64,000 nt of DNA from Promethearchaeota archaeon (GTDB lineage Archaea; Asgardarchaeota; Lokiarchaeia; Sigyniarchaeales; SOKP01). The translations under genes were made by a program, and so were the position numbers. This document shows, piece after piece, positions 38,560-48,560 of the stretch (position 1 is the stretch's first letter; the number at the start of each line of letters is the position of its first letter). The DNA is taken from the NCBI GenBank assembly GCA_048938855.1, contig JBHLLT010000002.1:192001-256000 (forward strand). The letters are read 5' to 3'. Under the pieces are notes generated by a model. That model did not search any database. It saw only the letters and a program-made list of their open reading frames with translations, and had not been told where the DNA came from.

Positions 38560-39660
38560 ATGAATTCTGGAGATACAATTCAAGACAAAGCGGTAATAAT
38601 TGATCTTGAAAATCGTGATATCTCAAAAAGTTTATATGATGCTTTTCTACAAGCAGGGATTTTACCAATCATTAATCAATCTCATGAAATATGCGTACAT
38701 GTACCATTAGGAGCCACTTTTTTCAAAAATAAACAACCTATAGAAGGAACATACCTTGATGTTAAATTTGCTGAATCTATAATATTAGCTAGTGGTGATA
38801 AACCAGTTATTTTCTATGAAACACCTGCAACAAGTAATAGAAATATTGAATTTCTATTTGAAAAATTTGGTTACACTCAACTTGCGAAAAAATATTCACA
38901 AGTCCGAGTTCTTTGTTTAAAAGAAGATTCATTAGAAACTGAAAATTCAGTAAGTTTGAATTATGGGTTTGACTACCCCCCAGTTAGGCTCCCTAAGTTT
39001 CTCTTCAATAATAAAAATTTGATTATAAGTTTTAGTAATCCTAAAGCGCCATTTTCCGAATTTGTTGCAGGTTTTAAGGGACTTCCTTTTTCTCTGAGTG
39101 GTAAATCGCTTATTATCGGATCAACATTATTCCAAAAAAAAAATTTATTACATCTTGCTTTCTCTGATATTGGATTAGGATTAAAGGATTATATAGTGGA
39201 TGCATTAGAAAGGATACATAAAGCAGGTGTTGTTTGTATTGGAATCAATGGAGGACGCTTCGCAGGTGCTTTGCTTGATCAAGTAAAAGTAAAACCAATT
39301 GAGTGGAATTTGCTTGTAGTTTCTAAAAACATCGGAATTTCAGATGCTGTGACGGCTGAATTAATGGGATTTAATCCACAAAAAATAGAATTCTTCACAA
39401 AATTAGCTCAAAAAGGGCTTATTCCTTTTAATATTAGTACTATTCCTATCATTGAAATCGGAAATAGTCGTAATCGTTTAAAGGAAAAATTAAAAATAAA
39501 TAACCCGTTTTCACCACAAGAAATACCAATAACAACACGTCAATGGATATTTGGACTCCTTAAGCAAGTTTCATTTATAGATAGGTTACACCTAATTGGC
39601 AAAATTATCCCTTCCATAATTAGATATAAATTTACAAGGAAAAATAAATCCAACAACTAA
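38560..39660 (+). CDS. Hypothetical protein, distant DUF362-like
   Basis: RLPKFL...IISFSNPK and VSKN...DAVTAELMGFNP resemble DUF362 motifs. Confidence 0.45.
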   Translation: MNSGDTIQDKAVIIDLENRDISKSLYDAFLQAGILPIINQSHEICVHVPLGATFFKNKQPIEGTYLDVKFAESIILASGDKPVIFYETPATSNRNIEFLFEKFGYTQLAKKYSQVRVLCLKEDSLETENSVSLNYGFDYPPVRLPKFLFNNKNLIISFSNPKAPFSEFVAGFKGLPFSLSGKSLIIGSTLFQKKNLLHLAFSDIGLGLKDYIVDALERIHKAGVVCIGINGGRFAGALLDQVKVKPIEWNLLVVSKNIGISDAVTAELMGFNPQKIEFFTKLAQKGLIPFNISTIPIIEIGNSRNRLKEKLKINNPFSPQEIPITTRQWIFGLLKQVSFIDRLHLIGKIIPSIIRYKFTRKNKSNN

Positions 39661-39704
39661 TTTCATTTTATTTCATACTTTTTTACTAAAAGTTATAACT
39701 TAAA

Positions 39705-40730
39705 TTAGGGATTTAAGATATCCTCTATATTTATGTTTTTGCTATAGACTTCATAAGCAAGAGCTCTTAATCCATCTAATCCAATAGGTTCCTCCCGAAG
39801 CCTTTCTGATTCCCAAATTTTTAGTTTTCTAAATTCTTTTTTAATTTCTGCGATGTATTTTAGTTGTTGTGATCTAACTTCACTACAAAAGTCACATTTT
39901 TTAGGTTCTGGTATAATCATATTAATATGTACTCCTTCTAGTTTAATATATCGCTCTGTTAAATCTCTAGCTCTTTTAATTTCCTCAAAACTTGGCTTTT
40001 CTGCTATAGTTACGAGTCTGAGAGAACCTATATTATGGATTAACTCTGAAATTCTTTCTCCACGTTTTTCTAATTCTACAACCATATTAAAAATTTCTCT
40101 TCCTAATTCACGTCTTTCCTCATAATTATCAAATGGTTTAATAATATTTCTCCACATTTTAGAAATATTTCGAATTGCCCCTTTAATAGAATTATAGAAA
40201 TTCAACGAGTATTTAAGAACGACTTTAACCTGGTCTTCAGGTATTTCAAAAAGAGTAATCATATTTGCAGTTGGAGGAAAATCTGCAACAATTACATCAA
40301 ATTGAATATCTTGAGAACTGGTATCTTCGGCATCTAAAATTTTTTGAAAAAACATAGCATTTTTTAACGCTAATGGAATAGAATCAGCAGTAAATGTTGT
40401 ATCTATAAACTTTTCAACTTGCGGTATCATTCCTACAAGAGGCATTTGCTTACTAAGGGTCTTCATTTTCTCTATTAGATTTTTTGTATATTTTATTGCA
40501 TACTCATCTGCATCTGGTTCAATCGCCCATAAATTTTCTGTTAATGGTGTTATTTTGCTTCCAATTTTCACTTTAAATAAATCAGTAAGATTATGAGCCA
40601 TATCAAAAGAAATCAAAAGAAATCTTTTATCAGGTAGTAAATCGGAGAGTAAAACTGCTGTTGCTGCGCTAATGGAACTCTTTCCTACCCCACCTTTTCC
40701 CCCTAGAATGATAATTCTTTCCATAGTCAA
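39705..40730 (-). CDS. ArsA/Get3 (TRC40)-family ATPase, single domain
   Basis: GGKGGVGKS, SFDMAHNL switch I, DFPPTAN switch II, INMI, CDFC, EPIG..L. Confidence 0.88.
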   Translation of the reverse strand: MTMERIIILGGKGGVGKSSISAATAVLLSDLLPDKRFLLISFDMAHNLTDLFKVKIGSKITPLTENLWAIEPDADEYAIKYTKNLIEKMKTLSKQMPLVGMIPQVEKFIDTTFTADSIPLALKNAMFFQKILDAEDTSSQDIQFDVIVADFPPTANMITLFEIPEDQVKVVLKYSLNFYNSIKGAIRNISKMWRNIIKPFDNYEERRELGREIFNMVVELEKRGERISELIHNIGSLRLVTIAEKPSFEEIKRARDLTERYIKLEGVHINMIIPEPKKCDFCSEVRSQQLKYIAEIKKEFRKLKIWESERLREEPIGLDGLRALAYEVYSKNINIEDILNP

Positions 40731-41250
40731 ATCTACATCAAAAACTCTAAATAATATACCAAAAACAAAAATAACATAAAAAACTAATCAAATAAATTAG
40801 ATTATCAATAATATTCAATTAGCAAAAAATAAATTACATGTTTAATTTTATAAGGATATAACATTAAAAAATTTCAATAATTATTATCAAAATATTAATT
40901 TATTCAATCAATCATATCAAGGTATAATTAAAATTAAAATTAAATTTATATACTTCAAATAGATTCACAAAATAACAAAAATAATAAAATTAATAGCAAA
41001 TATATAATCAGTTGTTCAGTATATCAAAATTATTGTTCAGACGGATAAATCCAAATAAGAAGTAGGTTCATAAGTCAAGTTTAAAAAAATTATAATTATA
41101 ATCCAAAAGAGTAAATAATTAAGAATTCAATTCGAAATAATTTTTTAGTTTAATCATATTCAATTTATTTCATTAGATTCTACTTCTTTTTTATAAGTCT
41201 TCCTTTAGATTTTGATTTATTGTACATAAAAAATATAAATAAAAAAGGAA

Positions 41251-42438
41251 GTGATTAAGATTACAAGCCAAAATGAATTTACTACTAAATACATTATAGA
41301 AGTTAAATGTGTTATTAAAGGTGTTGTTGAGAAGTCTGATATTGTTGGAGCTATTTTTGGACAGACTGAAGGTTTGCTTTTGGACCTAGACTTGAGAGAT
41401 CTCCAAAAATCAGGTCGAATTGGAAGAATAGAAGTAGAAACTGAAGCACAAGAAGGAATGTCCAAGGGAATTATTAAAATCCCATCTTCATTAACTAGAA
41501 AGGAGACTGCATTGTTAGCTGCAACTGTTGAAACTGTATCTCGAGTTGGTCCATGTGAGGCAGAATTTTCACTTATGGATATTCGGGATGTGCGTGAAAG
41601 GAAAAGAAAAAAAATCATAGAACGCGCAACAGAACTTCTTAAAGAATGGGATCAAAAATCGTTAGAACAGAGTGAAATTGAAGAAAAAATCGATAAGGAT
41701 ATCAAACTTGGAGAAATAATCGCATGGGGTTCAGAGAATCTTCCTGCAGGCCCAGAAGTAGAAAGTAATCCCGATCTAATTATAGTAGAAGGTCGAGCTG
41801 ATGTCTTAAACTTATTAAGAATAAGTGTTAAGAACACAATAGCAGTACAAGGGACTCAAATCCCAAAATCAGTAATCGATCTTTCTAAACGAAAAAAGTC
41901 AGTAACAGCTTTTGTAGATGGAGATCGAGGAGGAACCATTATTCTTAACGAGCTTTTGCAAACTACTAAAATTGATTATGTTGCTAAAGCTCCTGATGGT
42001 TTTGAAGTTGAAGAACTTACAAGGAAACAATTGATTAAATCATTACAAAATGCAAAAACAGCAACGGATTTTAAAAATGGTAAATCTAAAGAAATCCAAG
42101 AAATTGAACATAAAGGTATTAATGGAGACCTCCAAAAAATATTAAAAAAATTTAAAATTAAAAATGAAACCATAATTTTTGATGCGATTAAGAATATTGG
42201 AAATGGTTTTGCTATAGGGTTTAACAAGAATCTCGAAAAATTATTTGAAATTCCCGTTGGAGAACTTTTCGAAAAAATCCGTAACTTTAAGGATACTCAA
42301 TATATGATTATTGATGGTATTTTAACTAAAAGACTTCTCTCACTTTCAATAAATATGAAAATAAAATTTATTGCTTGCAGAAATAAAGAAGAAGAATTAG
42401 CTATTCCTGGGCAAATTTCAGTATTTTATTATAAGTAA
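41251..42438 (+). CDS. dnaG: Archaeal DnaG (TOPRIM, exosome-associated)
   Basis: GVVEKSDIVGAIFGQTEGLL, LQKSGRIGRI, IVEGRADV, FVDGDRGG. Confidence 0.95.
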   Translation: MIKITSQNEFTTKYIIEVKCVIKGVVEKSDIVGAIFGQTEGLLLDLDLRDLQKSGRIGRIEVETEAQEGMSKGIIKIPSSLTRKETALLAATVETVSRVGPCEAEFSLMDIRDVRERKRKKIIERATELLKEWDQKSLEQSEIEEKIDKDIKLGEIIAWGSENLPAGPEVESNPDLIIVEGRADVLNLLRISVKNTIAVQGTQIPKSVIDLSKRKKSVTAFVDGDRGGTIILNELLQTTKIDYVAKAPDGFEVEELTRKQLIKSLQNAKTATDFKNGKSKEIQEIEHKGINGDLQKILKKFKIKNETIIFDAIKNIGNGFAIGFNKNLEKLFEIPVGELFEKIRNFKDTQYMIIDGILTKRLLSLSINMKIKFIACRNKEEELAIPGQISVFYYK

Positions 42439-42456
42439 TCTCCCTTTTCAAAATAA

Positions 42457-42699
42457 TTATGACCCAATAGGGAGCACTACAGAAAAGATCGCTTGAATTA
42501 TGTAAGAAAGAACACCTAAAATCAATAATCCTATAACACATATCTTAAAAACTAAGAGATAATCTTTTCTTTTTGGTTTATTTGCAATTTTGATTATTCT
42601 TTTTGTATTTTGAAAAAAAGTGACGATTCTATCGTAAAGACTCTGCTTTTTTTGTTGCTCACTTGTAGTATAACTTTCATATTTTGGGTAGTTAGACAC
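42457..42699 (-). CDS. secE: Protein translocase SecE/Sec61-gamma
   Basis: RIIKIANKPKRKDY followed by one TM, directly after ftsY; probable start is the internal GTG 42699 (track start 42765). Confidence 0.85.
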   Translation of the reverse strand: MSNYPKYESYTTSEQQKKQSLYDRIVTFFQNTKRIIKIANKPKRKDYLLVFKICVIGLLILGVLSYIIQAIFSVVLPIGS

Positions 42700-42761
42700 A
42701 AGAAAAAAGAAAGCACTGTAAGATAAAAAGTTATCTTTCAAGAAATTTATTTGAGTATAAA

Positions 42762-43652
42762 TCAAGAAATATCAAGTATCTTAGAAATAAATAAATCTCG
42801 ATCAAATAGCTCTAGATCTTCATAACCTTGCCCAGTACCAACGAAAATGATCGGTTTTTTTGTTTCAAACGATATAGATAATGCTGCACCTCCTTTAGCA
42901 TCAGCATCCAACTTAGTCAAAATATTAGAATCTATTCCCACATGTTTTTTGAATTCCTTTGCTTGGAAAAGAGCATCATTTCCAGCTAAACTATCACCAA
43001 TAAATATTACTTGATCAGGCTGAGCTATTCTACATATTTTTTGTATTTCAATCATTAAATTTTTATCAGTTACTTGGCGACCAGCAGTATCTACCAAAAC
43101 CACATCTATTTTTTTGGCCTTAGCATGCTCAATTGCGTCAAAGGCGACTGAAGCGGGATCAGATTTATAATCATGCTTTATTACTCGGATTCCGACATTA
43201 TCCATATGATAGGACAATTGCTCGATAGCTGCTGCTCGAAATGTATCAGCAGCAGCAGCAACAATCGAGAATCCATTTATTTTTAAGAAATGAGCAATTT
43301 TTGCCATAGTTGTAGTTTTCCCAGTTCCATTCACACCAAGAAATACAATTACATAGGGTAAACTCTTTTGTTTAATCAGTTCTATTAGATCAATTTCTTT
43401 TTCAGGAGTTAAGATCTCTTTAATAATTTCTTTTAATACATCAAATAGGATTTTTGGGGTTGAAGTAAAACGCCCTATTTGCTCGTCTTTAAAAAATTCG
43501 GTTATTCTATTACATATTTCATCAGCAGTATCAATTGCTACATCATTACTCAAAAGAAGTAATTTAAGCTCGTTAATCGCTTTATCCAACTTTTTTTCTG
43601 TTAATGTTTTTTTAACGAATGATGAAAATGCATTTTTTAATTTTTCAAGCAT
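42762..43652 (-). CDS. ftsY: SRP receptor GTPase FtsY (NG domain only)
   Basis: GVNGTGKTTT, DTFRAAAIEQL, DTAGR, TKLDADAKGG, GTGQ. Confidence 0.96.
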   Translation of the reverse strand: MLEKLKNAFSSFVKKTLTEKKLDKAINELKLLLLSNDVAIDTADEICNRITEFFKDEQIGRFTSTPKILFDVLKEIIKEILTPEKEIDLIELIKQKSLPYVIVFLGVNGTGKTTTMAKIAHFLKINGFSIVAAAADTFRAAAIEQLSYHMDNVGIRVIKHDYKSDPASVAFDAIEHAKAKKIDVVLVDTAGRQVTDKNLMIEIQKICRIAQPDQVIFIGDSLAGNDALFQAKEFKKHVGIDSNILTKLDADAKGGAALSISFETKKPIIFVGTGQGYEDLELFDRDLFISKILDIS

Positions 43653-43717
43653 TTGCTTCTCCGTAGTTCTTTAAAATTTGATTGAATAAATAACGAGAAT
43701 TAGTAAAAAATCTAATT

Positions 43718-44128
43718 TTAAGTATAAACATTTTGGAAATTTTGAGAAAGCTGTTGTAGGGCTTGATCTCTTTGTTGTATTTGAGTTGCTAAAAATTGAA
43801 TTTGTTGATTATGTTGTTCTATTAGGTTATCCAAATATTCTTTTGCGCTTTCTAAATCTTTCTCAATTACTACATCTTGTGAAACAGCTAGCAATATTTT
43901 ATTTGTATCTTTAATGGATGCTTTCACAAATATATGCCCCCCGATTGGTACCAAAATTTCATCATCTACATTGACTCCCTCCTTCAAATTTTCCACAGTT
44001 TTTTTTGTATTTATAACATTGGATAAAGAAACATTAACAAATTCTAATTGATTCTGAAGCATGTCACGATGCTCCTTTAGCTCTTGAAATCTCATGAGCT
44101 GAGCTTGATATTCTTGAGAAGGTTCCAT
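43718..44128 (-). CDS. pfdA: Prefoldin alpha subunit
   Basis: Coiled coil, EILVPIGG beta hairpins, coiled coil; conserved operon position. Confidence 0.92.
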   Translation of the reverse strand: MEPSQEYQAQLMRFQELKEHRDMLQNQLEFVNVSLSNVINTKKTVENLKEGVNVDDEILVPIGGHIFVKASIKDTNKILLAVSQDVVIEKDLESAKEYLDNLIEQHNQQIQFLATQIQQRDQALQQLSQNFQNVYT

Positions 44129-44160
44129 TTAAATCAAATCTGTAAAATAATATTTTGTAA

Positions 44161-44388
44161 TTATTCTGATAATTCTCGAATAAGATGATCTTGAGATTCT
44201 TCCAGACTTAGTTCTTTGACCTCTTGAATGTTGATCTGACGTCTATATATTCCGATTGAAGTAATCTGACTTAAAACTTTTTCGAGAGCATCCTTTTCCT
44301 TTAAAGCTCGTACTTCTTTTCGAAATAAATACTTTTTATGATTCTTTCTGTAATTCCCGATAATTCTGAAAATTTTAATCTCTGACAT
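44161..44388 (-). CDS. rplX: 50S ribosomal protein LX (L18a/eL20)
   Basis: IFRIIG...FRKEVRALKEKDALEKVLS...RRQINI; lies between aIF6 and pfdA. Confidence 0.88.
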   Translation of the reverse strand: MSEIKIFRIIGNYRKNHKKYLFRKEVRALKEKDALEKVLSQITSIGIYRRQINIQEVKELSLEESQDHLIRELSE

Positions 44389-44521
44389 AATTATTTTTAA
44401 TCATGTTTTCAAAGCTATTAAAATAGCATAATATGCTAAAAAATATTAAATTTTTTATTTTATCTTCTACAAGAATCTTAAGAAAATTATTTTCTGAAAA
44501 ATGAAATGTATCTCATGTTTA

Positions 44522-45193
44522 TCATAAACCTAATACGCTCGTAATTCTCATCATTTCAGGACCAGTACATTCGCTCCCAAAAATCCCGCTTTTATCATTT
44601 ACAACTGCTCCTGATCTTAAATAAGGTACTCCACGGTTAACGGTAGAAACATCAACTTCTTTAACTTTTAAAATTGAGGAAATATTTTCAATTTCTTCAT
44701 CTGTAGATAAAGGATGAATTAAACAGCCGTAATTATTAGCTAAAGATATTGAACCAGGAAGGTAATAATCAGCAAATTCGTAAACAACAGTCTCAACATT
44801 TAAAATATCTTCAATAGTAGTTTTATAATTTTTCAGGAAAGAGCTAACTATAGCTCCTTTATCATTGCATAAAATTAAATTTCCAAAAGCATTATCGATT
44901 GAATTCAGAACTCCGACATTATAAGAGTCATCCAAATATGATTTTAGATTATTAAGTTCATCCTCTCTAATGATGTGGGGTACAATTATTCCATATTTAT
45001 TTGAAGTAGTATATACTCCTAATAAATTAGAATTATTAATTGTAAGGGGAATAAACGGTTGCTCAAAAATAGTTTTAAATTTTATTAGTAATGGTTTTAT
45101 TAGTGTAGAAGGATAAAGAATATAAGAATTGTTTGCAGTTAAATATACTCCTACTAAACTTCTTCCAAAAATTTGAGTTCTGAGAATTGGCAA
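44522..45193 (-). CDS. eif6: Translation initiation factor 6 (aIF6)
   Basis: GNLILCNDKGAIV, ANNYGCLIHP, TVNRG, VVND..G...TGPE. Confidence 0.95.
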   Translation of the reverse strand: MPILRTQIFGRSLVGVYLTANNSYILYPSTLIKPLLIKFKTIFEQPFIPLTINNSNLLGVYTTSNKYGIIVPHIIREDELNNLKSYLDDSYNVGVLNSIDNAFGNLILCNDKGAIVSSFLKNYKTTIEDILNVETVVYEFADYYLPGSISLANNYGCLIHPLSTDEEIENISSILKVKEVDVSTVNRGVPYLRSGAVVNDKSGIFGSECTGPEMMRITSVLGL

Positions 45194-45266
45194 TTCTTTT
45201 CCTTTAATTTTATATTTCTAAAAAAGAGAAGATCGTATTCATAATTCTTTAAAAGTCTAGAGAAAA

Positions 45267-45713
45267 TTATGCTAAATAAACTACTACTAGACCATCAATA
45301 TTCTTGGTTGCTCTTACCTTTATTTTTCTTGGAGGTTTTTGAATTGACCTCTCCCATATCTTTTCATTAACTTCTTGAGTAATAACCAATGATTCTGGCT
45401 TAAAATGCCGTGAAATATACTCCTTTAAGTACCTGATTGCTTTTTTTGTTCTTTTATTTCTTGGACCTTTACGTGCTTTTGAGAGGGGAACAATGTATAT
45501 CCTCTCATCAATAATTTCTTCTTTAGGAGCCTCTTCCTCCTCAAATTCCTCTCGTTCTTCAATTTCCTCTTCAAATATCTCACTGATTTCTTCTTCTTCA
45601 GATATCTCATCTAAACTAAATTCTTCGATCTCTTCAATTTCTTCTTCTTCTTTAGAATCTCCTAATTCTTCCTCTAAATCATCCAAATCTATTTCTTTTT
45701 CCTTTTTTGCCAT
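45267..45713 (-). CDS. rpl31e: 50S ribosomal protein L31e with a long acidic N-terminal extension
   Basis: ERIYIVPL...RTKKAI...VNEKIWERSIQKPPRKIKVRA, preceded by ~65 mostly D/E residues. Confidence 0.93.
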   Translation of the reverse strand: MAKKEKEIDLDDLEEELGDSKEEEEIEEIEEFSLDEISEEEEISEIFEEEIEEREEFEEEEAPKEEIIDERIYIVPLSKARKGPRNKRTKKAIRYLKEYISRHFKPESLVITQEVNEKIWERSIQKPPRKIKVRATKNIDGLVVVYLA

Positions 45714-45741
45714 AATATTTCAATTTTACAATTAATTGTTT

Positions 45742-45903
45742 TTAATCTCGTTTTAATCTTTTATTCCGCCATGTTCTGTTTGTATATGGGCTACTTTTTA
45801 CATTACGATTTGTTTTTAAGGTCACCCAATTTGGAATTGATTGGCTTTGTTTCATTCTTTTTGCTCTACGTAACTTTGAACCTAAACTTTTATTGCGTGC
45901 CAT
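45742..45903 (-). CDS. rpl39e: 50S ribosomal protein L39e
   Basis: Below the ORF-track cutoff. MARNKSLGSKLRRAKRMKQSQSIPNWVTLKTNRNV...RTWRNKRLKRD. Confidence 0.93.
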   Translation of the reverse strand: MARNKSLGSKLRRAKRMKQSQSIPNWVTLKTNRNVKSSPYTNRTWRNKRLKRD

Positions 45904-45923
45904 TTTTTTAATCACTATTTTAA

Positions 45924-46265
45924 TTATTTTTTGATATTAAATTCTTTTTTTCTCCCTAAGGATGCAATTTGTTCTAAAAGTTTTTTGAATGCTTTATCAG
46001 GTAGAGGCGTTGCTCCTCTTAATTTTCCTGCTTGAAAGAGTTGAATTAATTGTATTTCTATTTGTTCAGCAAATTCAGGTTTAACTATTCGAATATTTTC
46101 TAATCTTTGTCTCCCTTCTGGTGATAAAATCTTTCGCATTAATTGATATTTTTTTGCTTCAAATTGTCTTTCCTGAGCTTCTGCTAATTGTTGTTGTACT
46201 GCTTGTTGTTTTAATTCTTCTAACTTTCTTCTTCTGATCTTCTCTAGATCTTCGTCATTACTCAC
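45924..46265 (-). CDS. PDCD5-family DNA-binding protein
   Basis: LEKIRRRKLEEL...ILSPEGRQRLENIRIVKPEFAEQIEIQLIQL. Confidence 0.92.
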   Translation of the reverse strand: MSNDEDLEKIRRRKLEELKQQAVQQQLAEAQERQFEAKKYQLMRKILSPEGRQRLENIRIVKPEFAEQIEIQLIQLFQAGKLRGATPLPDKAFKKLLEQIASLGRKKEFNIKK

Positions 46266-46290
46266 TCTATATCCCTATAAAACGCATTTT

Positions 46291-46716
46291 TTATGATTTC
46301 TGTCTTGAGATTACATGTGCCATTCTTTCTAACAAACTTGTACCTTCTGCAGAAACAACTCTTCCCTCTTTTTCCATCGGTTCAAGCAATTTTGCATTTT
46401 CTAATTGTTGCAATGCTACTCTTATTATTTTCCCACTTCCTTTAGCAGAATGATTTAGTCCAGGACCTTTTCGATTTCTTCCTCCATAAAATTTCCTAAG
46501 TTTATTCACTCCAATTGGACCATACTTCTTCACTTTTCTGAGAATTGAAGCACACCTTGTATACCAGAAATTCTCAGAATCTTGTGGAGCTAACTCTTTG
46601 AAAAAGGCCGTTTTCCAAAATTCTGAACCTTGAGGGGGTGAAATTTCAGGATACTCCTTTAATTTTTCTGCGATTGCCTCAATAAGCATTTGTGCGTTTA
46701 CTAGAAAAATCGACAT
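46291..46716 (-). CDS. rps19e: 30S ribosomal protein S19e
   Basis: FWYTRCASILRK, GPIGV, YGGR, GSGKIIRVALQQLE. Confidence 0.95.
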   Translation of the reverse strand: MSIFLVNAQMLIEAIAEKLKEYPEISPPQGSEFWKTAFFKELAPQDSENFWYTRCASILRKVKKYGPIGVNKLRKFYGGRNRKGPGLNHSAKGSGKIIRVALQQLENAKLLEPMEKEGRVVSAEGTSLLERMAHVISRQKS

Positions 46717-46811
46717 ATTAATCTTTAATTCTATCCTTCTTTAATAAATATGATACGTTTTAAAAGTCAGAATAGATTAAAAATTTTTCGTATTTTCTGT
46801 GTTCTGGAACC

Positions 46812-47072
46812 ATGAGTTATCAAAAAGAATTTAAACAAGCTTTACTGTCTCAACCACATTGCATTTTAGGCAAACACGGAGTTTCAGATGAATTTGTCAA
46901 ACACGTAACCAATTTATTAAAGAGATATAAAATTATAAAAGTTAAAGCATTGAAGTCTGTAGCAACTAAAACAAATATTAAAGAATTAGCTCAAAAGATT
47001 TCTAAATTAACTAACTCTTATTTAATAGATATCAGAGGAAGAATTTTTATACTTTCCCTCAATAAAATTTAA
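46812..47072 (+). CDS. YhbY/CRM-domain RNA-binding protein
   Basis: LGKHGVS...IIKVK...IRGRIFIL. Confidence 0.85.
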   Translation: MSYQKEFKQALLSQPHCILGKHGVSDEFVKHVTNLLKRYKIIKVKALKSVATKTNIKELAQKISKLTNSYLIDIRGRIFILSLNKI

Positions 47073-47104
47073 AAAATCATATAAAAATTTGATTAAAAGA
47101 ATAA

Positions 47105-47449
47105 ATGCCAAAACGTAATCGAAAAGTTAAATTTATTGTCAAAGATATCGCAAAATCCCGAATGCTTTATTTATTTCAAAAAGCTCATGAAGTATTTCCA
47201 GAAAATAAAAGTTTGGCAAATCGATATGTATATTTAGCAAGAAGATATTCTCAACGAGCTAAGATAAAAGTACCATTTGAATGGAAAAAACGTATATGCA
47301 ATAAATGTAAAATGTTTTTATACCCTGGTCAAAATTGTAGAGTCAGAATGCATTCACAGAAAGGAAAAGGTTCTCATATTTCACTAACTTGTTTTGAGTG
47401 TAATAAAACTACAAGGTATTTTATTAAATCGAAAAATAATAAATTTTAA
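47105..47449 (+). CDS. rnp4: RNase P protein component 4 (Rpp21)
   Basis: IAKSRM, LANRYV, KRICNKC...PG...RVR...TCFEC...RY. Confidence 0.92.
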   Translation: MPKRNRKVKFIVKDIAKSRMLYLFQKAHEVFPENKSLANRYVYLARRYSQRAKIKVPFEWKKRICNKCKMFLYPGQNCRVRMHSQKGKGSHISLTCFECNKTTRYFIKSKNNKF

Positions 47450-47459
47450 GAAGCTGAAG

Positions 47460-48134
47460 ATGCCACTAATATTGATATTGGTTGAATGTGGATTAGAATT
47501 AATTCCAAAACATATAAGAGATCATCCATCCGTTAAAAAAAACTTGTCATCAAAAATATATTCTTCACAACTTTTAGATAATGCATTACATCACTCCGCA
47601 ATGAAAAAATTAGTAAATTTAGAAAAAAGAGGGCGTCCTGATATTGCTCATCTATGCCTACTTAATGCTTTAGGATCTCCATTAAATAAGACTGGTAATT
47701 TAAAGCTATTCATACATACTATAAAAAATCGAATATTTGAATTTAATCCAGAAATTAGAATAACAAGAAACTACAATCGATTTAAAGGGTTAATGGCGAA
47801 ACTTTTAATCGATAATAGTATCAATGCTAATGGGAGCCAATTAATTTCTCAATTTAATGGTAATATATCTACTTTAATTAATACGTTCAAAACTACAGAT
47901 ATTTCACTATTTTCAAGCAAAGGTAAATTTATTCAGGATTATAAACAACTCTTTAAAGATGATTTTTCTAAAAATATTGTTTGTATAATAGGAGGGTTTC
48001 AGAAAAGAAACTATTCAGAAGAAATATTAAAATTATCAAAAAACATAATATCTTTATCAAAATATTCTTTAGATGCATGGGTAGTCATAAGTAAGATTAT
48101 TAATTTCTATGAACTTTATCATAACATAACGTAA
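47460..48134 (+). CDS. nep1: rRNA small-subunit methyltransferase Nep1/Emg1
   Basis: LLDNALHH, RGRPDIAH, SPLNK, RNYNRFKGLM, IGGF; likely start is ATG 47460 (track 47394). Confidence 0.92.
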   Translation: MPLILILVECGLELIPKHIRDHPSVKKNLSSKIYSSQLLDNALHHSAMKKLVNLEKRGRPDIAHLCLLNALGSPLNKTGNLKLFIHTIKNRIFEFNPEIRITRNYNRFKGLMAKLLIDNSINANGSQLISQFNGNISTLINTFKTTDISLFSSKGKFIQDYKQLFKDDFSKNIVCIIGGFQKRNYSEEILKLSKNIISLSKYSLDAWVVISKIINFYELYHNIT

Positions 48135-48208
48135 GTTTCCCAAAAACAGAAAAGTTATAAGAAATTAAATACTTTATTTAATACTAATTTAAATCAAATC
48201 AACAATTT

Positions 48209-48280
48209 GCGCTCGTTGTGTAGAGGTTATCATCCAGGACTTCCAATTCTGGGACCCGGGTTCAATTCCCGGCGGGCGCA
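48209..48280 (+). tRNA. tRNA-Gly (anticodon TCC)
   Basis: Acceptor GCGCTCG/CGGGCGC+A, anticodon arm CAGGA-CTTCCAA-TTCTG, T arm CCGGG-TTCAATT-CCCGG. Confidence 0.93.
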
Positions 48281-48321
48281 TACTTTGAACAAATTTATTA
48301 CTGTACAATTTTGAATATAGG

Positions 48322-48351
48322 TTCGTGAAAGGATGGTTTCACGAATTTTTT
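48322..48351 (+). terminator. Stem-loop followed by a T-tract downstream of tRNA-Gly
   Basis: TTCGTGAAA-GGATGG-TTTCACGAA followed by TTTTTT. Confidence 0.55.
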
Positions 48352-48560
48352 GATTTTCTTTGGAGTTCAAAGAATTTTATTTGTCATCCAAATACAAAAA
48401 GTTATATGTACAAATTTGTATGTTACTGTTGAAAAAGCGCCTGTTAAATACATTCCATTTCCATATTAGATCACTTTAATATTTGTATTAGAAAGGCGTT
48501 TTTTCATCTTTTATTTAGAAATATTCTTTACTCAATAATCTTAAATTTTTAATTAAATTA

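Noticed and set aside
40731-41250. Long intergenic region before dnaG as a hidden gene or replication origin
   Set aside because: Extremely AT-rich, no credible ORF, no ORB-like G-string repeats and no adjacent cdc6/orc1.
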